DNA of 64,000 bases from Gemmatimonadales bacterium (GCA_035703525.1 DASSYA010000024.1:69309-133308); one strand, 5' to 3'. Numbered from the stretch's first letter, positions 9,059 through 18,976 are shown. The notes: generated by a model not told the origin, from the letters alone. A program made the numbers and translations.

Positions 9059-9217
9059 GGGTGGCCGTGCCCACGATTCCAGGCATGCCGCCCCACGGGG
9101 CGACCTCGCCACTCGCCACGAGGATGCGCCGCTGCCGATCACGTCGCGATGGCGTACCTTCCCTCAGCCGCTGCACGCGCACCGCCTGATCCAGGACCGC
9201 CCACACTGGAGTCTGCC

Positions 9218-11575
9218 ATGCCCTGCCGTCATCCCTCACTGCTCATTGCCGTGCTAGTTGCGATGCCTGCCGCCTCCGCCCAGTCACCCAACTACGGTCG
9301 CGCCATCGCGGCGAGCGGCTCCGACCTGTTCGTCGGCCAGCCACTCAACTGGTATGGACCGGGAACGGTCTATACCTACCGTGTCGATGCCTCGGGCCGA
9401 TGGCAGGAGCAGAGTCGGTTGATTGCGGCTGATTCCGGACGCATGGATTCCTTCGGCCACGCGATCGCGGTCGACGAGAACTTTCTGGCCATCGGGGCCC
9501 CCGAGAAGGGCGACGGGGCAGGACGGGTCTACACCTTCTCGCGTCGCACCTCGAACGCAGCCTGGGAGCCGTCCACCCCGCTCTCCACGACCAGTGGGGG
9601 CGCGTTCGGCAGCACGCTGGTCGCGACGACGAACGGGCTCCTGGTCGGCGCCCCGGGTGCCATGGGACATGGTGCCGTCCATCTGTTCACCCGGTCGGGC
9701 AATGCCCTGTCTGGTGGGACGACGCTCACCCCGATCGATACTGCGGGTGTCGAGAAGTTCGGGACAGCACTCAGCGTCTCGGGTGACTGGCTGTTGATCG
9801 GTGCACCTGATGCCAACGCGAACGCCGGGATGGCTTACGTGGTGCACCGCGACACCGATGGGAGCTGGGGCGCACCGGCCCCGCTCGGCATCCCCGCCGC
9901 CCTCACCGGCACTCGCGCTCGCCTCGGGGCCGCGGTCCTGCTCGACGGCGACCGCGGCTACGTCGGTGCACCCGGGTCAGGTGTGGTGATCACCCTCGAA
10001 CGCACCGACAGCACCTGGCGCGTCACGGGGCTGCTGCAACCGTACGATGGAGGCCGCGGAACCGGCTTCGGCGCCGCGATCGCCCGTGTCGGCAGCGAGA
10101 CCTGGGTGGGAGCACCGAACGCCAACCGGGGCAACGGGTACGTCTACCGCTACCTCATGAATGCGGTGGGCGAGGCGACCGCGGCCGTGCGCGTCACGGC
10201 AGACTCCGCCGATGGCACCAATTGGCCGTTCCAGTTCGGGTACAGCATCGCCTCGACCGACGACCGCGCGTTCGTCGGGATGCCGATGCGCGACTTCGGC
10301 GAGGGTCGCGTGCTGGTCACCGCACGAACGGACGGCGCCTGGCAGACTCGCCAGCTCCTCACCGGCGAGATCGCGGTGCTGGGCGGTGGCGCCGCGACGT
10401 CCGCCAAGTGCGAGAATGGTCGCAACGGGGTCTACACCTGCAACAATGTCGAAGTCCTGGCACACCTCCCGACCGCTGCCCTGGGCGGCGCCCGTGGCGC
10501 ATGGGTCAATGACGTCTGGGGGTGGACGGATCCGGAGACCAACCGCGACTACGCCCTCGTCGCACGGCGTGATGGCGCCTCATTTGTCGATGTCACCAAT
10601 CCGGCCGCACCACGGGTGGTGGGTGACCTGCCGCGCACCGCCGGCTCACCACCATCGGTCTGGCGCGATATCAAGGTCGCCAACAACCACGCGTACATCG
10701 TCGCCGACGGGTCGGGTGCCCACGGGATGCAGGTGTTCGACCTCACGCGCCTGCGCCAGGTGCGAGGTACTCCGGTGGTGTTCACCCCGGACACCACCTA
10801 CCACGAGGTCTTCAGTGCCCACAACGTGGTGGCCAACCCCGCGACGGGGTTCCTCTATGTCGTGGGCAGCAACAGCGGCGGCGAGACCTGTGGCGGGGGC
10901 TTGCACATGGTCGACGCGCGGACCCCGGACCGCCCCGTGTTTGCCGGCTGCTATCACAGCCCCGCGGGGAGTGCCCGTGGTTACACGCACGACGCCCAGT
11001 GTGTCGTGTACCACGGACCCGACAGCGAGCACCGCGGACGCGAGATCTGCGTCGGGTCGAATGAGAGCGAGATCAACATCGCCGACGTCACCGACAAGGC
11101 GCACCCACGCGTCCTCGGCCGCAACAGCTATCCCAATGTCGTCTACGCGCATCAGGGGTGGTTCGACGCCGAGCAACGCTACTTCTACATGAACGACGAG
11201 AACGACGAGGCAGCCGGCAAGGTCGAGGGGACCCGGACCATCGTCTGGGATCTGACCGATCTCGATGATCCTGTCGTCGCCAACATGTACTTCGGGCCGG
11301 TGAACTCATCCGATCACAACCTGTTCGTGGTGGGCAACCGAGTCTTCGAGTCGAACTACGGCAGCGGCCTCCGAGTCCTCGACATCAGTGATCGTGCCCA
11401 TCCTCGCGAAGTGGCCTTCTTCGACAGCGCGCCACTCAACGACGACGGCCCGGGCCACAGCGCCACCCAGAGCGGGGCGTGGAGCAACTACCCGTTCTTC
11501 AAGAGCGGCATCGTGGTCTTCACCTCGGTGCGCGAAGGACTGTTCATCGTGAAGGTGCAGGACCTGGTGCCATGA
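9218..11575 (+). CDS. Secreted FG-GAP repeat / choice-of-anchor B (LVIVD-like) beta-propeller fusion protein
   Basis: ATG 9218 gives the signal peptide MPCRHPSLLIAVLVAMPAASAQ. There are 6-7 FG-GAP-like repeats (FGHAIAVDENFLAIGAP, FGSTLVATTNGLLVGAP, FGTALSVSGDWLLIGAP and others). The C-terminal half matches my recollection of the choice-of-anchor B family (VWGWTDPETNRDYALV, WRDIKVANNHAYIVADGSGAHGMQVFDL). Confidence 0.8.
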   Translation: MPCRHPSLLIAVLVAMPAASAQSPNYGRAIAASGSDLFVGQPLNWYGPGTVYTYRVDASGRWQEQSRLIAADSGRMDSFGHAIAVDENFLAIGAPEKGDGAGRVYTFSRRTSNAAWEPSTPLSTTSGGAFGSTLVATTNGLLVGAPGAMGHGAVHLFTRSGNALSGGTTLTPIDTAGVEKFGTALSVSGDWLLIGAPDANANAGMAYVVHRDTDGSWGAPAPLGIPAALTGTRARLGAAVLLDGDRGYVGAPGSGVVITLERTDSTWRVTGLLQPYDGGRGTGFGAAIARVGSETWVGAPNANRGNGYVYRYLMNAVGEATAAVRVTADSADGTNWPFQFGYSIASTDDRAFVGMPMRDFGEGRVLVTARTDGAWQTRQLLTGEIAVLGGGAATSAKCENGRNGVYTCNNVEVLAHLPTAALGGARGAWVNDVWGWTDPETNRDYALVARRDGASFVDVTNPAAPRVVGDLPRTAGSPPSVWRDIKVANNHAYIVADGSGAHGMQVFDLTRLRQVRGTPVVFTPDTTYHEVFSAHNVVANPATGFLYVVGSNSGGETCGGGLHMVDARTPDRPVFAGCYHSPAGSARGYTHDAQCVVYHGPDSEHRGREICVGSNESEINIADVTDKAHPRVLGRNSYPNVVYAHQGWFDAEQRYFYMNDENDEAAGKVEGTRTIVWDLTDLDDPVVANMYFGPVNSSDHNLFVVGNRVFESNYGSGLRVLDISDRAHPREVAFFDSAPLNDDGPGHSATQSGAWSNYPFFKSGIVVFTSVREGLFIVKVQDLVP

Positions 11576-13536
11576 TCCATGCACCGAGTACCTCGTCGCG
11601 GCGACGCTTGACCAGATGGTTCACCGCGGTGGCGTCGCTGCTCGCCGTCACGAGTTGTGGCTCGGACGGCGGCGGCACGATCCCACCGCCGCCACCACCG
11701 CCGACCGTGGCCTCACTCACCATTCAGGGCCTCCCGGCATCCCTCCAGGTCGGCGAGACCGTCCAGCTTTCGGTCGTCTCGCGCGACGCAGGCGGGGGAC
11801 AGGTCGCAAACCCGGTCATCCAATGGACCAGCACGGTGAAGACTGTCGCCACGGTGTCATCCAACGGGCGTGTCACCGGCGTCTCCGCAGGGCAGACCAT
11901 CGTCCGGGCCGAGGGTGCGGGCCACCAGGATGAGGTGTCGGTGGTCGTCATCGCACCGACCCCAACCGTCGTCTCACTGTTGCCCGCCACGGTGGCCCTG
12001 GCACCGGGCGGGTCTGCGCAGCTCACCTCGGCCGTCCTCGGTGCCAACGGGATCATCCCGGGCCTGACCGTCACCTACGTGAGTTCGCATTCCGACGTCG
12101 CGACGGTCGATGCGACCGGCAAGATCACCGCACTCCGTACCGGACTCACCACCATCACCGCGCGTCACGGATCGCTCACGCAGGTCACCGGCGTGACGGT
12201 CTCGGACCAGGTCCAGAATGTCCGGCTCGCGCGACTCGACATCATCCAGGTCGCCCAGACTGCCGAGGCGGATGTCCCGATCGTGCAGGGCAAGCCGTCG
12301 GCCATCCGCATCTATCCGGTCGCGACGCTTCCCGGGGCGACCGGGGTCACGATCGACGTGCGGCTCGCCCGGGGTGGGGCAAGCGTCTTCACGCAGCGGA
12401 TCACCACGGGAGCCGTGCCGACGTCCTTCGCCCCGCTGCTCGATGGGCGTGCAATCTACCTGCCGCTTCCCGTCGGATTGGACCTCAACGGCGCCCAGCT
12501 GTCCGCGGTGATCGACCCCGATGGTGTGCTCGCGGAGGCGGATGAATTCGACAACACCTTCCCGACATCTCGCGAGCCACCGCTGACCCTGGCCGCAGAA
12601 ACGCTCTTCCCGATCAAGGTGCGCCTGATTCCCTTCGCACCGGCCGGTCAGCCGCTGCCCTCCGTCAGCCAGAGCCAGGCCAGCGAGCTTGTCGCGTTCA
12701 TGCAGGAGATCTATCCGACCGCCACGGTGACCGTGACGGTAGGGGGGGGGATCAACACCACCACGGCCGACTGGAACTCGAGCTTCGGCGTCGGGCAGGC
12801 ACTCAACCAGCTGCAGGCGCAACGCACGCAGGATGGTTCGGATGCCTACTACTACGGGGTGACCGATGGCAGCCCCATCAACGGCGCCGCCGGCTGGGGC
12901 CAGCTCTCGGGCACGGTCTCGATGGGCTGGCCCACGGCCCACATCGTGGCACACGAGGTCGGCCACAATTTCGGGTTGTCGCATCCGGTCGGCTGCGGTA
13001 ACGGGACACCCGGCGCCCCTGGGGCCGTGATCGGCTTGCCGGGCTACAACCCGATGACCGAATCCGAAGTGCCATCGAGTGCGGTGAGCGTGATGAGCTA
13101 CTGTCCGGGCTATGTCTGGATCCAGCCGACGGCCTATCGCACCATTCTCCTGCGACGCCGGAGCGCCACCTCGCTGCGCGCGGAGTCAGGGGGAGGCGCC
13201 GTGGCAGGCCAGGCGGTCGTGCTCCAGGGACAGGTCACGACACAAGGCGATCTCGTGATCGACGCGCCTCGGACCGTCACGGCACCTCGTGGCGTCTCCC
13301 CCGATCTGGGGCCTGTACGGGTTTCCCTGCTGGATGCCGCCGGGGTCGAAGTCCTGCGATGGCACCTGACCCCAACCGCCGTGGCGAACGAGGCGACGGA
13401 GGCGGTGACTGCGCGGGGCTTCGTGGGCGTCATCCCGATGGCACCGATCATGGCTTCAGGGGTCCGGTCCGTGGCCATCGAGATGGACGGCCACGTGACG
13501 GTGCGCCCCCTCCGTGTGGGGGCTGATCCTACTTGA
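11572..13536 (+). CDS. Lipoprotein with Big_2 (bacterial Ig-like) domains and metzincin zinc-protease domain
   Basis: ATG 11572 overlaps the upstream stop (ATGA). Lipobox LLAVTSC is followed by GSDGGGTIPPPPPPPT. Repeated Big_2-like units (ATVSSNGRVTGVSAGQTIV, ATVDATGKITALRTGLTTI). Zinc motif HEVGHNFGLSH (HExxHxxGxxH). Confidence 0.8.
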   Translation: MIHAPSTSSRRRLTRWFTAVASLLAVTSCGSDGGGTIPPPPPPPTVASLTIQGLPASLQVGETVQLSVVSRDAGGGQVANPVIQWTSTVKTVATVSSNGRVTGVSAGQTIVRAEGAGHQDEVSVVVIAPTPTVVSLLPATVALAPGGSAQLTSAVLGANGIIPGLTVTYVSSHSDVATVDATGKITALRTGLTTITARHGSLTQVTGVTVSDQVQNVRLARLDIIQVAQTAEADVPIVQGKPSAIRIYPVATLPGATGVTIDVRLARGGASVFTQRITTGAVPTSFAPLLDGRAIYLPLPVGLDLNGAQLSAVIDPDGVLAEADEFDNTFPTSREPPLTLAAETLFPIKVRLIPFAPAGQPLPSVSQSQASELVAFMQEIYPTATVTVTVGGGINTTTADWNSSFGVGQALNQLQAQRTQDGSDAYYYGVTDGSPINGAAGWGQLSGTVSMGWPTAHIVAHEVGHNFGLSHPVGCGNGTPGAPGAVIGLPGYNPMTESEVPSSAVSVMSYCPGYVWIQPTAYRTILLRRRSATSLRAESGGGAVAGQAVVLQGQVTTQGDLVIDAPRTVTAPRGVSPDLGPVRVSLLDAAGVEVLRWHLTPTAVANEATEAVTARGFVGVIPMAPIMASGVRSVAIEMDGHVTVRPLRVGADPT

Positions 13537-14023
13537 CGCTGAGGTTCGGTGGGTCCTCGCCCAGCGCCTCGGCGAGCTCGATCAGATGGTCCTGCTCCTG
13601 CTTGAGGATCTCGCGGATGTGTTCGGCCGTGGCGTACTCCTGGAGTGCGTCGCATTGACGAACGCGCTCGCGATAGGCCGTGATGGTGTCGACCTCGTTC
13701 TGGAGATCGTAGCGCAACAGCGTCTTGGGATCATCCGACATCTTGACAGCCTTCGGCGTCACGGTCGGGGTCCCGCCGAAGTAGTCGATCTGCTTCGCGA
13801 TCGTGATCGCGTGGGCGAGCTCCTGGGCGGCATGCAGCTCGAGTTCCTTGGCGATCGTCATGTACTGGGCACCGGTGATCACCTGTGAGTAGACGGTGTA
13901 GGCGATGATCGCCTGGAACTCGCGGGCAAGATCCTCGTTGAGCAGGTCGATGAGGCGGGCCCGCGTGATCGTCCCGCCCTTGTCGGCAGCGGGCTTGGTG
14001 GTGCTTCCGGACTTGGTAGCCAT
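13529..14023 (-). CDS. Ferritin-like domain protein (bacterioferritin/Dps superfamily)
   Basis: ATG at 14023 (MATKSGSTTKP). Four-helix ferritin-like motifs: EFQAIIAYTVY, ELELHAAQELAHA, EQDHLIELAE. Confidence 0.75.
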   Translation of the reverse strand: MATKSGSTTKPAADKGGTITRARLIDLLNEDLAREFQAIIAYTVYSQVITGAQYMTIAKELELHAAQELAHAITIAKQIDYFGGTPTVTPKAVKMSDDPKTLLRYDLQNEVDTITAYRERVRQCDALQEYATAEHIREILKQEQDHLIELAEALGEDPPNLSVK

Positions 14024-14151
14024 TGATGAATTCCCGTGAACAGAGGTGAATGGTGGCGTCGGAAAGCCAGCACTGTAAGTGACGGCAATGCAGCGGAACG
14101 CCGCACAGTCACCTTCCCCCGGGCCACCTCCCACCATGGAGAATCGTTCTC

Positions 14152-15282
14152 ATGACGCACCGATGGCGGGCCATCCTCTTCCTGCACCTCCTGACCGTGG
14201 GCTGCGCCAATGCCGCGCGGTCCGTGCCCGCAGGGCCGGCGCGAACCGACCTTGCAGAGAGTGGCGTCGAGTATCCGGTGTACCGCATTCCGGCCCTCGC
14301 GGTCACGAACCGGGGCACCCTCATCGCGGCCTATGACGGCCGGCCCGCCGGTGCGGACCTGCCGGCCCGGATCGCCGTGCTGATCCGACGGAGCACCGAC
14401 GGGGGCGCGACCTGGCTGCCGCGACAGGTCGTGCGTGCCGATACCGCACCACTCGGATTCGGGGATCCCTCCCTGATCGTGGACCGCCAGACGGGTCGGA
14501 TCTTCCTCTTCCATGCGGCCTCGATCCGTCAGGGGTACCACGGGGCGCATGCCGGCAACGATCCATCGGATCCCGATGTGCTCCACGCCGATTATGCGTG
14601 GTCCGATGATGACGGCCGCAGTTGGCAGCACCGTCGCATCACCAGGACGATCAAGGACAGCGCGTGGGGGGGCATCTTCGCGGCCTCGGGCACTGGCATC
14701 CAGCTCCGCCACGGGCCACACGCCGGCCGGCTGGTGCAGCAGTATGTCGTTCGATCGGAGGGCAGGAACTTCGGCGTGTCGATCTGGAGTGATGATCACG
14801 GCACGACGTGGCAGCACGGCACGCTGGTCGGCCCCGACGTCGATGAGAACAAGACCGTCGAACTCTCCGATGGTCGAGTCATGCTCAATGGCCGATTTCG
14901 GACCGGCCGCCAGGTGGCGCTCTCGACCGATGGTGGGGCGTCCTACACGGGATTGCACCTCGACTCGACGCTGGTCGACCCGGGAAACAACGCGGCAATC
15001 CTTCGGGTGGCGCCCGACGCCGCCCCCGATGATCCGCGCTCGCACTGGCTTCTCTTCAGCAATACCAACGACCTCCGGACGCGGCGCAATCTCACCGTGC
15101 GCCTGTCCTGCGACGATGGCACCACCTGGTCCGGTGGCCATGTGATCGAACCGGGGGCCGCCGGATATTCCACGCTGGCGATGCTCCCGGACAGCCGGAT
15201 CGGTGTACTCTACGAACGCGGTGACTACGAATGGATCACCTTCACCACACTCGCGCTCGCCGACGTCGGCTCGTGTCAGTGA
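14152..15282 (+). CDS. Exo-alpha-sialidase (BNR/Asp-box repeat), lipoprotein
   Basis: Lipobox LLTVGC. RIP motif YRIPAL. Asp-boxes STDGGATW, SDDDGRSW, SDDHGTTW, STDGGASY and CDDGTTW. Confidence 0.85.
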   Translation: MTHRWRAILFLHLLTVGCANAARSVPAGPARTDLAESGVEYPVYRIPALAVTNRGTLIAAYDGRPAGADLPARIAVLIRRSTDGGATWLPRQVVRADTAPLGFGDPSLIVDRQTGRIFLFHAASIRQGYHGAHAGNDPSDPDVLHADYAWSDDDGRSWQHRRITRTIKDSAWGGIFAASGTGIQLRHGPHAGRLVQQYVVRSEGRNFGVSIWSDDHGTTWQHGTLVGPDVDENKTVELSDGRVMLNGRFRTGRQVALSTDGGASYTGLHLDSTLVDPGNNAAILRVAPDAAPDDPRSHWLLFSNTNDLRTRRNLTVRLSCDDGTTWSGGHVIEPGAAGYSTLAMLPDSRIGVLYERGDYEWITFTTLALADVGSCQ

Positions 15283-15298
15283 GAAAGGTCTGGCCAGC

Positions 15299-16882
15299 AT
15301 GTCACTCTCGAGACGCGATGCACTCGGTCGGCTCGGGGCGCTCTTGGTAGTTCCGCGCCTCCGCTGGCCCATGGCGGTGAGTGATCCCCTCGCGGGGACC
15401 ATCCTCGACTTCCAGGCCGGGCGCGCGCGCGGACAATGGAGTGCGGTCGAGGTGACACAAGCCGCGATCGACCGAAGTCTCGCATGGAACCGGTTCCTCC
15501 ACTCCACCGACCTGCTCTCGAACACGGCGCTCACCGATGCACGGGCCTCGGATGCCCGCGCTCGCCGGGGAGACCTGCGTGGTCCCCTCGATGGCGCACC
15601 CCTCTTTGCCAAGTCGATCTACGACATGCGAGGACTGCCGACCACCGCATCGAGCGCGGAATGGTCCCGGCTCTTTCCGGGGCCGGTGCAGGCCGATGCG
15701 CTCGAGGTTGCGCGACTCCGCGCCGCCGGCGCGATCGTCCTCGGGAAGACCAGCGCCGACGACTTCGCGTATCGGGGCAACGGGACCAGTTCACTCGCGG
15801 GACAGGTCCGGAACCCGTACGATCCGACCCACACCCGGACGCCGGGCGGCTCGAGCGCCGGATCGGCCGTGTCGGTGGCGTGCGGGATCGCCTTCGCCGC
15901 GTTGGGGACCGACGACGGGGGATCGAACCGCATCCCGGCGCAGTTCACGGGCGTGGTCGGGATGAAGCCGACCTTCGGCCTCGTGCCGCGTACCGGGGTC
16001 ATCCCGACCTGGCCGTACCTCGACACGCATGGTCCGCTCGCCCGCCATGTCGCCGATGCCGCGCTCATGCTCGATGTGATCGCGGGACCCGATGCATCGG
16101 ATGGTCTGGCGCTCACCGCGCCGTGGCAGCGCGGCACGCTGGCCATGCTGCCGGATGACGCACTCCGTGGGGCGCGGCTGGGAGTGGTCACCGCGCATGT
16201 GCCGCGCGGCCAGATGACTGCCGTGTCGCTCCAGCTCTGGGATCGCACCCTCCGTGACCTCGCCAGTGCCGGTGCCGTGGTCGAGGAATCGGCTCCATCG
16301 GTCACGCTCCGCACCGTGCGCCAGCAGTTCGCCGATGCCGCGGAGGCACGCGGCGACGTTGTGCCCGATTCGCGCTCACCGGCGGCCACCGCCAACGCCC
16401 TGCTTCGCTACTTCGAGCGTCACGGTGGCGATGCACACGAGATGGTGCGCCGTGGGCTCGCCGAGTACCAGTCGTTCTATGACGTCCTTCCGACCGAATG
16501 GCCGGAGATGTCACGCATCATGAGCCAACCGTATGAGCGTGACCCGGCCGGGCGCTCCTTTGCGCGCTCACGAGATCAGGTCGTCGCGCAACTCGCCGAG
16601 ACCTTCCGGTCGGAGCGGATCGAGGCGATGATCTATCCGACTATGCCGTTCCCCGCGCCACGGGCTGTCGATCCGTGGCCCGACATCCGCACCACCCTCG
16701 GCTACGGCAATTGGCTCGGGCTTCCCGAGGTGTCGGTCCCGACCGGGCTCGGCCCCGATGGCATGCCCGGTGGGAACATCTCGTTTGTCGGATTGCCGGG
16801 GAGTGACGCGCGATTGCTGGCGCTGGCCCACGGATATGAACAGGCATCACGGCGGTTTGTGGCGCCGCCGGTGCCAGCCTGA
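15299..16882 (+). CDS. Amidase (amidase-signature family), probable Tat-exported
   Basis: ATG 15299 gives MSLSRRDALGRLGALLVVP, with a twin-arginine motif. Amidase-signature sequence GGSSAGSAVSVA and catalytic-Lys context FAKSIYD. Confidence 0.85.
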   Translation: MSLSRRDALGRLGALLVVPRLRWPMAVSDPLAGTILDFQAGRARGQWSAVEVTQAAIDRSLAWNRFLHSTDLLSNTALTDARASDARARRGDLRGPLDGAPLFAKSIYDMRGLPTTASSAEWSRLFPGPVQADALEVARLRAAGAIVLGKTSADDFAYRGNGTSSLAGQVRNPYDPTHTRTPGGSSAGSAVSVACGIAFAALGTDDGGSNRIPAQFTGVVGMKPTFGLVPRTGVIPTWPYLDTHGPLARHVADAALMLDVIAGPDASDGLALTAPWQRGTLAMLPDDALRGARLGVVTAHVPRGQMTAVSLQLWDRTLRDLASAGAVVEESAPSVTLRTVRQQFADAAEARGDVVPDSRSPAATANALLRYFERHGGDAHEMVRRGLAEYQSFYDVLPTEWPEMSRIMSQPYERDPAGRSFARSRDQVVAQLAETFRSERIEAMIYPTMPFPAPRAVDPWPDIRTTLGYGNWLGLPEVSVPTGLGPDGMPGGNISFVGLPGSDARLLALAHGYEQASRRFVAPPVPA

Positions 16883-16956
16883 TGCCTGGCCGCAGCCGCC
16901 AGGTTGCGGCTCGTCGGACCCCGACCACCACCTGCGCGAACGAAGGAGCGCTCCAC

Positions 16957-17481
16957 ATGCGTGTTCCCGCCCCGGTAGGCCGCACCCTGATCCTCCCGAT
17001 GATCTGCCTGACGGTCCTCGTCTTGCCAGTCGCCGCGCAAGACCCGCAGATCGCGCCGAACGCACCCGCCGACTGTGCGCTCGCGCTCAGCGCCACCCAG
17101 CAGGACCAGATCGACGTGGCACTGGCACCACTCTTCGCGGAGGCCAGACGGACCTGGCCAGCCGTGCGGGACCGGTATCGCCAGGGACTCCCCGGCGAGA
17201 GGAGCCTCTTCGTGACCACCCGAATCTTCGACCCCGATGGCCGGAACGAGACCGTCTTCATCGCGGTCGATTCAGTCGCATCCAACCGGATCACCGGTCG
17301 GATCTGGAACCGGTTGATGAGTGTGCGCAGCTTCCGGCCGCGCCAACAGATCAGCTTCGCCGACTCATTGCTCCTGGACTGGACGATCACGCAGCCGGAC
17401 GGCTCCGAGGAAGGCAATGCGGTCGGCAAGTTTCTCGATCGATGTCAGCAGCAGGGACGCCCCGGGGAGGGGCGGCCCTGA
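16957..17481 (+). CDS. Secreted DUF2314-like protein
   Basis: ATG 16957 preceded by GAAGGAG. Signal peptide LILPMICLTVLVLPVAAQ. The body (LFVTTRIFDPDGRNETVFIAVD...ITGRIWN...DWTITQPDGSEEGN) resembles DUF2314/YegJ-type domains as I recall them. Confidence 0.6.
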   Translation: MRVPAPVGRTLILPMICLTVLVLPVAAQDPQIAPNAPADCALALSATQQDQIDVALAPLFAEARRTWPAVRDRYRQGLPGERSLFVTTRIFDPDGRNETVFIAVDSVASNRITGRIWNRLMSVRSFRPRQQISFADSLLLDWTITQPDGSEEGNAVGKFLDRCQQQGRPGEGRP

Positions 17482-17500
17482 CGGGCTCGGTGAACGCTCC

Positions 17501-17920
17501 CTACTCCCCCATGAGCTTGATGATCACCCGCTTGCGACGCAGGCCGTCCCACTCGCCGTAGAACACGCGCTGCCACGGTCCGAGATCGAGTTCGCCGTCG
17601 GTGATGGGCACGATCACCTCGTGTCCGATGGTGAGCGAGCGGAGATGGGCCGCGGCGTTGTCCTCGCCGGTCTCGTTGTGGCGATACCGTGACGGATCCC
17701 ATGGCGCGACACTGTGCTCCAGCCAGTACAGGATGTCGTGCCAAAGTCCCGATTCGTGATCATTGACGAAGACGGAGGCGGAGATGTGCATCGCCGAGAC
17801 GAGTGCCATCCCTTCGCGGATGCCGGAGAGAGTGAGCTGCGCCGCCACCGTGTCGGTGATATCGATGATCTCCTGCCGGCGTCGGGTCTCGAACCAGAGG
17901 TAGTGGGTGTGTGATTTCAT
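17501..17920 (-). CDS. YjbQ family protein (secondary thiamine-phosphate synthase-like, UPF0047)
   Basis: 139 aa. ITDTV...SGIREGMALVSAMHISASVFVNDHESGL...NAAAHLRSLTIGHEVIVPITDGELDLGPWQRVFYGEWDG is typical of YjbQ. Confidence 0.85.
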   Translation of the reverse strand: MKSHTHYLWFETRRRQEIIDITDTVAAQLTLSGIREGMALVSAMHISASVFVNDHESGLWHDILYWLEHSVAPWDPSRYRHNETGEDNAAAHLRSLTIGHEVIVPITDGELDLGPWQRVFYGEWDGLRRKRVIIKLMGE

Positions 17921-18117
17921 CGTTCAATGATAGGGGATGGGTTGCCTTGGCAGGCTGCCTCCCATGCGATTCTCGCGGGGTCATGACTGCCACCGCCGCG
18001 ATCCCGGTCGAGATGCGCTACCTCGGTTGGCAGGAGTCCCTTGCGCAACTCGCCCAGCTGGTCGAGCCGGAGATTCCGGACGGGACCTGAGCCATGACGG
18101 CACACTGTTCCGCGCGT

Positions 18118-18147
18118 GAGGCGATGGGGAGCGCGTGCCATCGCCTC
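18118..18147. terminator. GC-rich hairpin downstream of the thioredoxin-like gene (possible bidirectional terminator)
   Basis: GAGGCGATGG (18118-18127) pairs with CCATCGCCTC (18138-18147) across a 10-nt loop; the stem can extend by several pairs. It lies 11 nt beyond the stop at 18159. There is no U-tract. Confidence 0.3.
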
Positions 18148-18158
18148 GCGTTGCGGGC

Positions 18159-18395
18159 CTACTTCAGGTCGGCCATGCTCGCACCGAAGTTGATGTGGAA
18201 CGGGGCACCGTCGAGCACGAGCGCCGGCACCGACTTGACCCCTGCCGCCTCCGCTTCGGCGATGCGCGCCTTGTCCTGGCCCAGGTGCACGACCTCGACG
18301 TCGTAGCGATCGCCGTCGATCGCGGTGGCAAGGTTCGACTCGGCCTCGACACAGACCGGGCAGCCGGCGTGATAGAAGATTGCCTTCCGACTCAT
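18159..18395 (-). CDS. Small thioredoxin-fold protein with CPVC motif (glutaredoxin-like)
   Basis: ATG at 18395 gives MSRKAIFYHAGCPVCVEAE. 78 aa. Divergent from the HxlR regulator gene. Confidence 0.7.
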   Translation of the reverse strand: MSRKAIFYHAGCPVCVEAESNLATAIDGDRYDVEVVHLGQDKARIAEAEAAGVKSVPALVLDGAPFHINFGASMADLK

Positions 18396-18531
18396 GTTGA
18401 CACTCCTGATGGTAGAATTGGTACATCGCGGACCACGGCATGGTACTGCGCGGCCGCGACCGCGTACACCGGGCACTTCCTGGTGGGGTACCCACCATCT
18501 GGTCGGCTTTGGCACCACGAATGGAGAAGGC

Positions 18532-18867
18532 ATGACCCCGATCGCATCGCAGGGGACCTACCGGAAGCTCGAAGACGTGATCGGTTGCAAGTGGTCCGTC
18601 TCGGTGCTGCTCGCCGTCAACGACCGCGTCGTCCGGCCCGGTGAGCTCCAACGACACATCGCGGGGATCTCCACCAAGGTGCTCGCGGAACGGTTGCGCA
18701 AACTGACGGCCTACGGATTGCTCGAGAAGACGAGCTATCCCGAAGTGCCGCCGCGGACCGAGTACGCCCTCACCTCTTCGGGGAAACGCCTGATCGTGAT
18801 CCTGCAGCAAGTGCGGTCCCTGGATGCGGAACTCGGCGTGTCGGGAGCGGTCGATCCTCGCAGGTAG
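18532..18867 (+). CDS. HxlR family transcriptional regulator
   Basis: ATG 18532 preceded by GGAGAAGG. CKWSVSVLLAV...RPGELQRHIAGISTKVLAERLRKLTAYGLLEKTSYPEVPPRTEYALT is the HxlR winged-helix signature. Confidence 0.8.
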   Translation: MTPIASQGTYRKLEDVIGCKWSVSVLLAVNDRVVRPGELQRHIAGISTKVLAERLRKLTAYGLLEKTSYPEVPPRTEYALTSSGKRLIVILQQVRSLDAELGVSGAVDPRR

Positions 18868-18976
18868 ACTCGTGGCTTGACTGGCCCCTCGCCTCGCTCG
18901 GGATCTCCCCGCTGGAGCGACGAGCTTCCGGTTAGGATTCTGGGAGTTCGAGAATCACTTCTGAGAGAGTCTTCCG

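Noticed and set aside
13529-13536. Convergent genes overlapping at their 3' ends (13529-13536, and 30452-30459). Also the 3-nt gap between convergent stops at 40553/40557. Considered as antisense-regulation arrangements.
   Set aside because: Short 3' overlaps of convergent genes are common in compact high-GC genomes, and no extra structure is visible.
14152-16882. The sialidase plus Tat-amidase pair, considered as a horizontally acquired glycan-utilisation islet.
   Set aside because: There is no visible shift in composition or codon style, no flanking repeats, tRNA or integrase, and no transporter or lyase genes that would make a sialic-acid locus.
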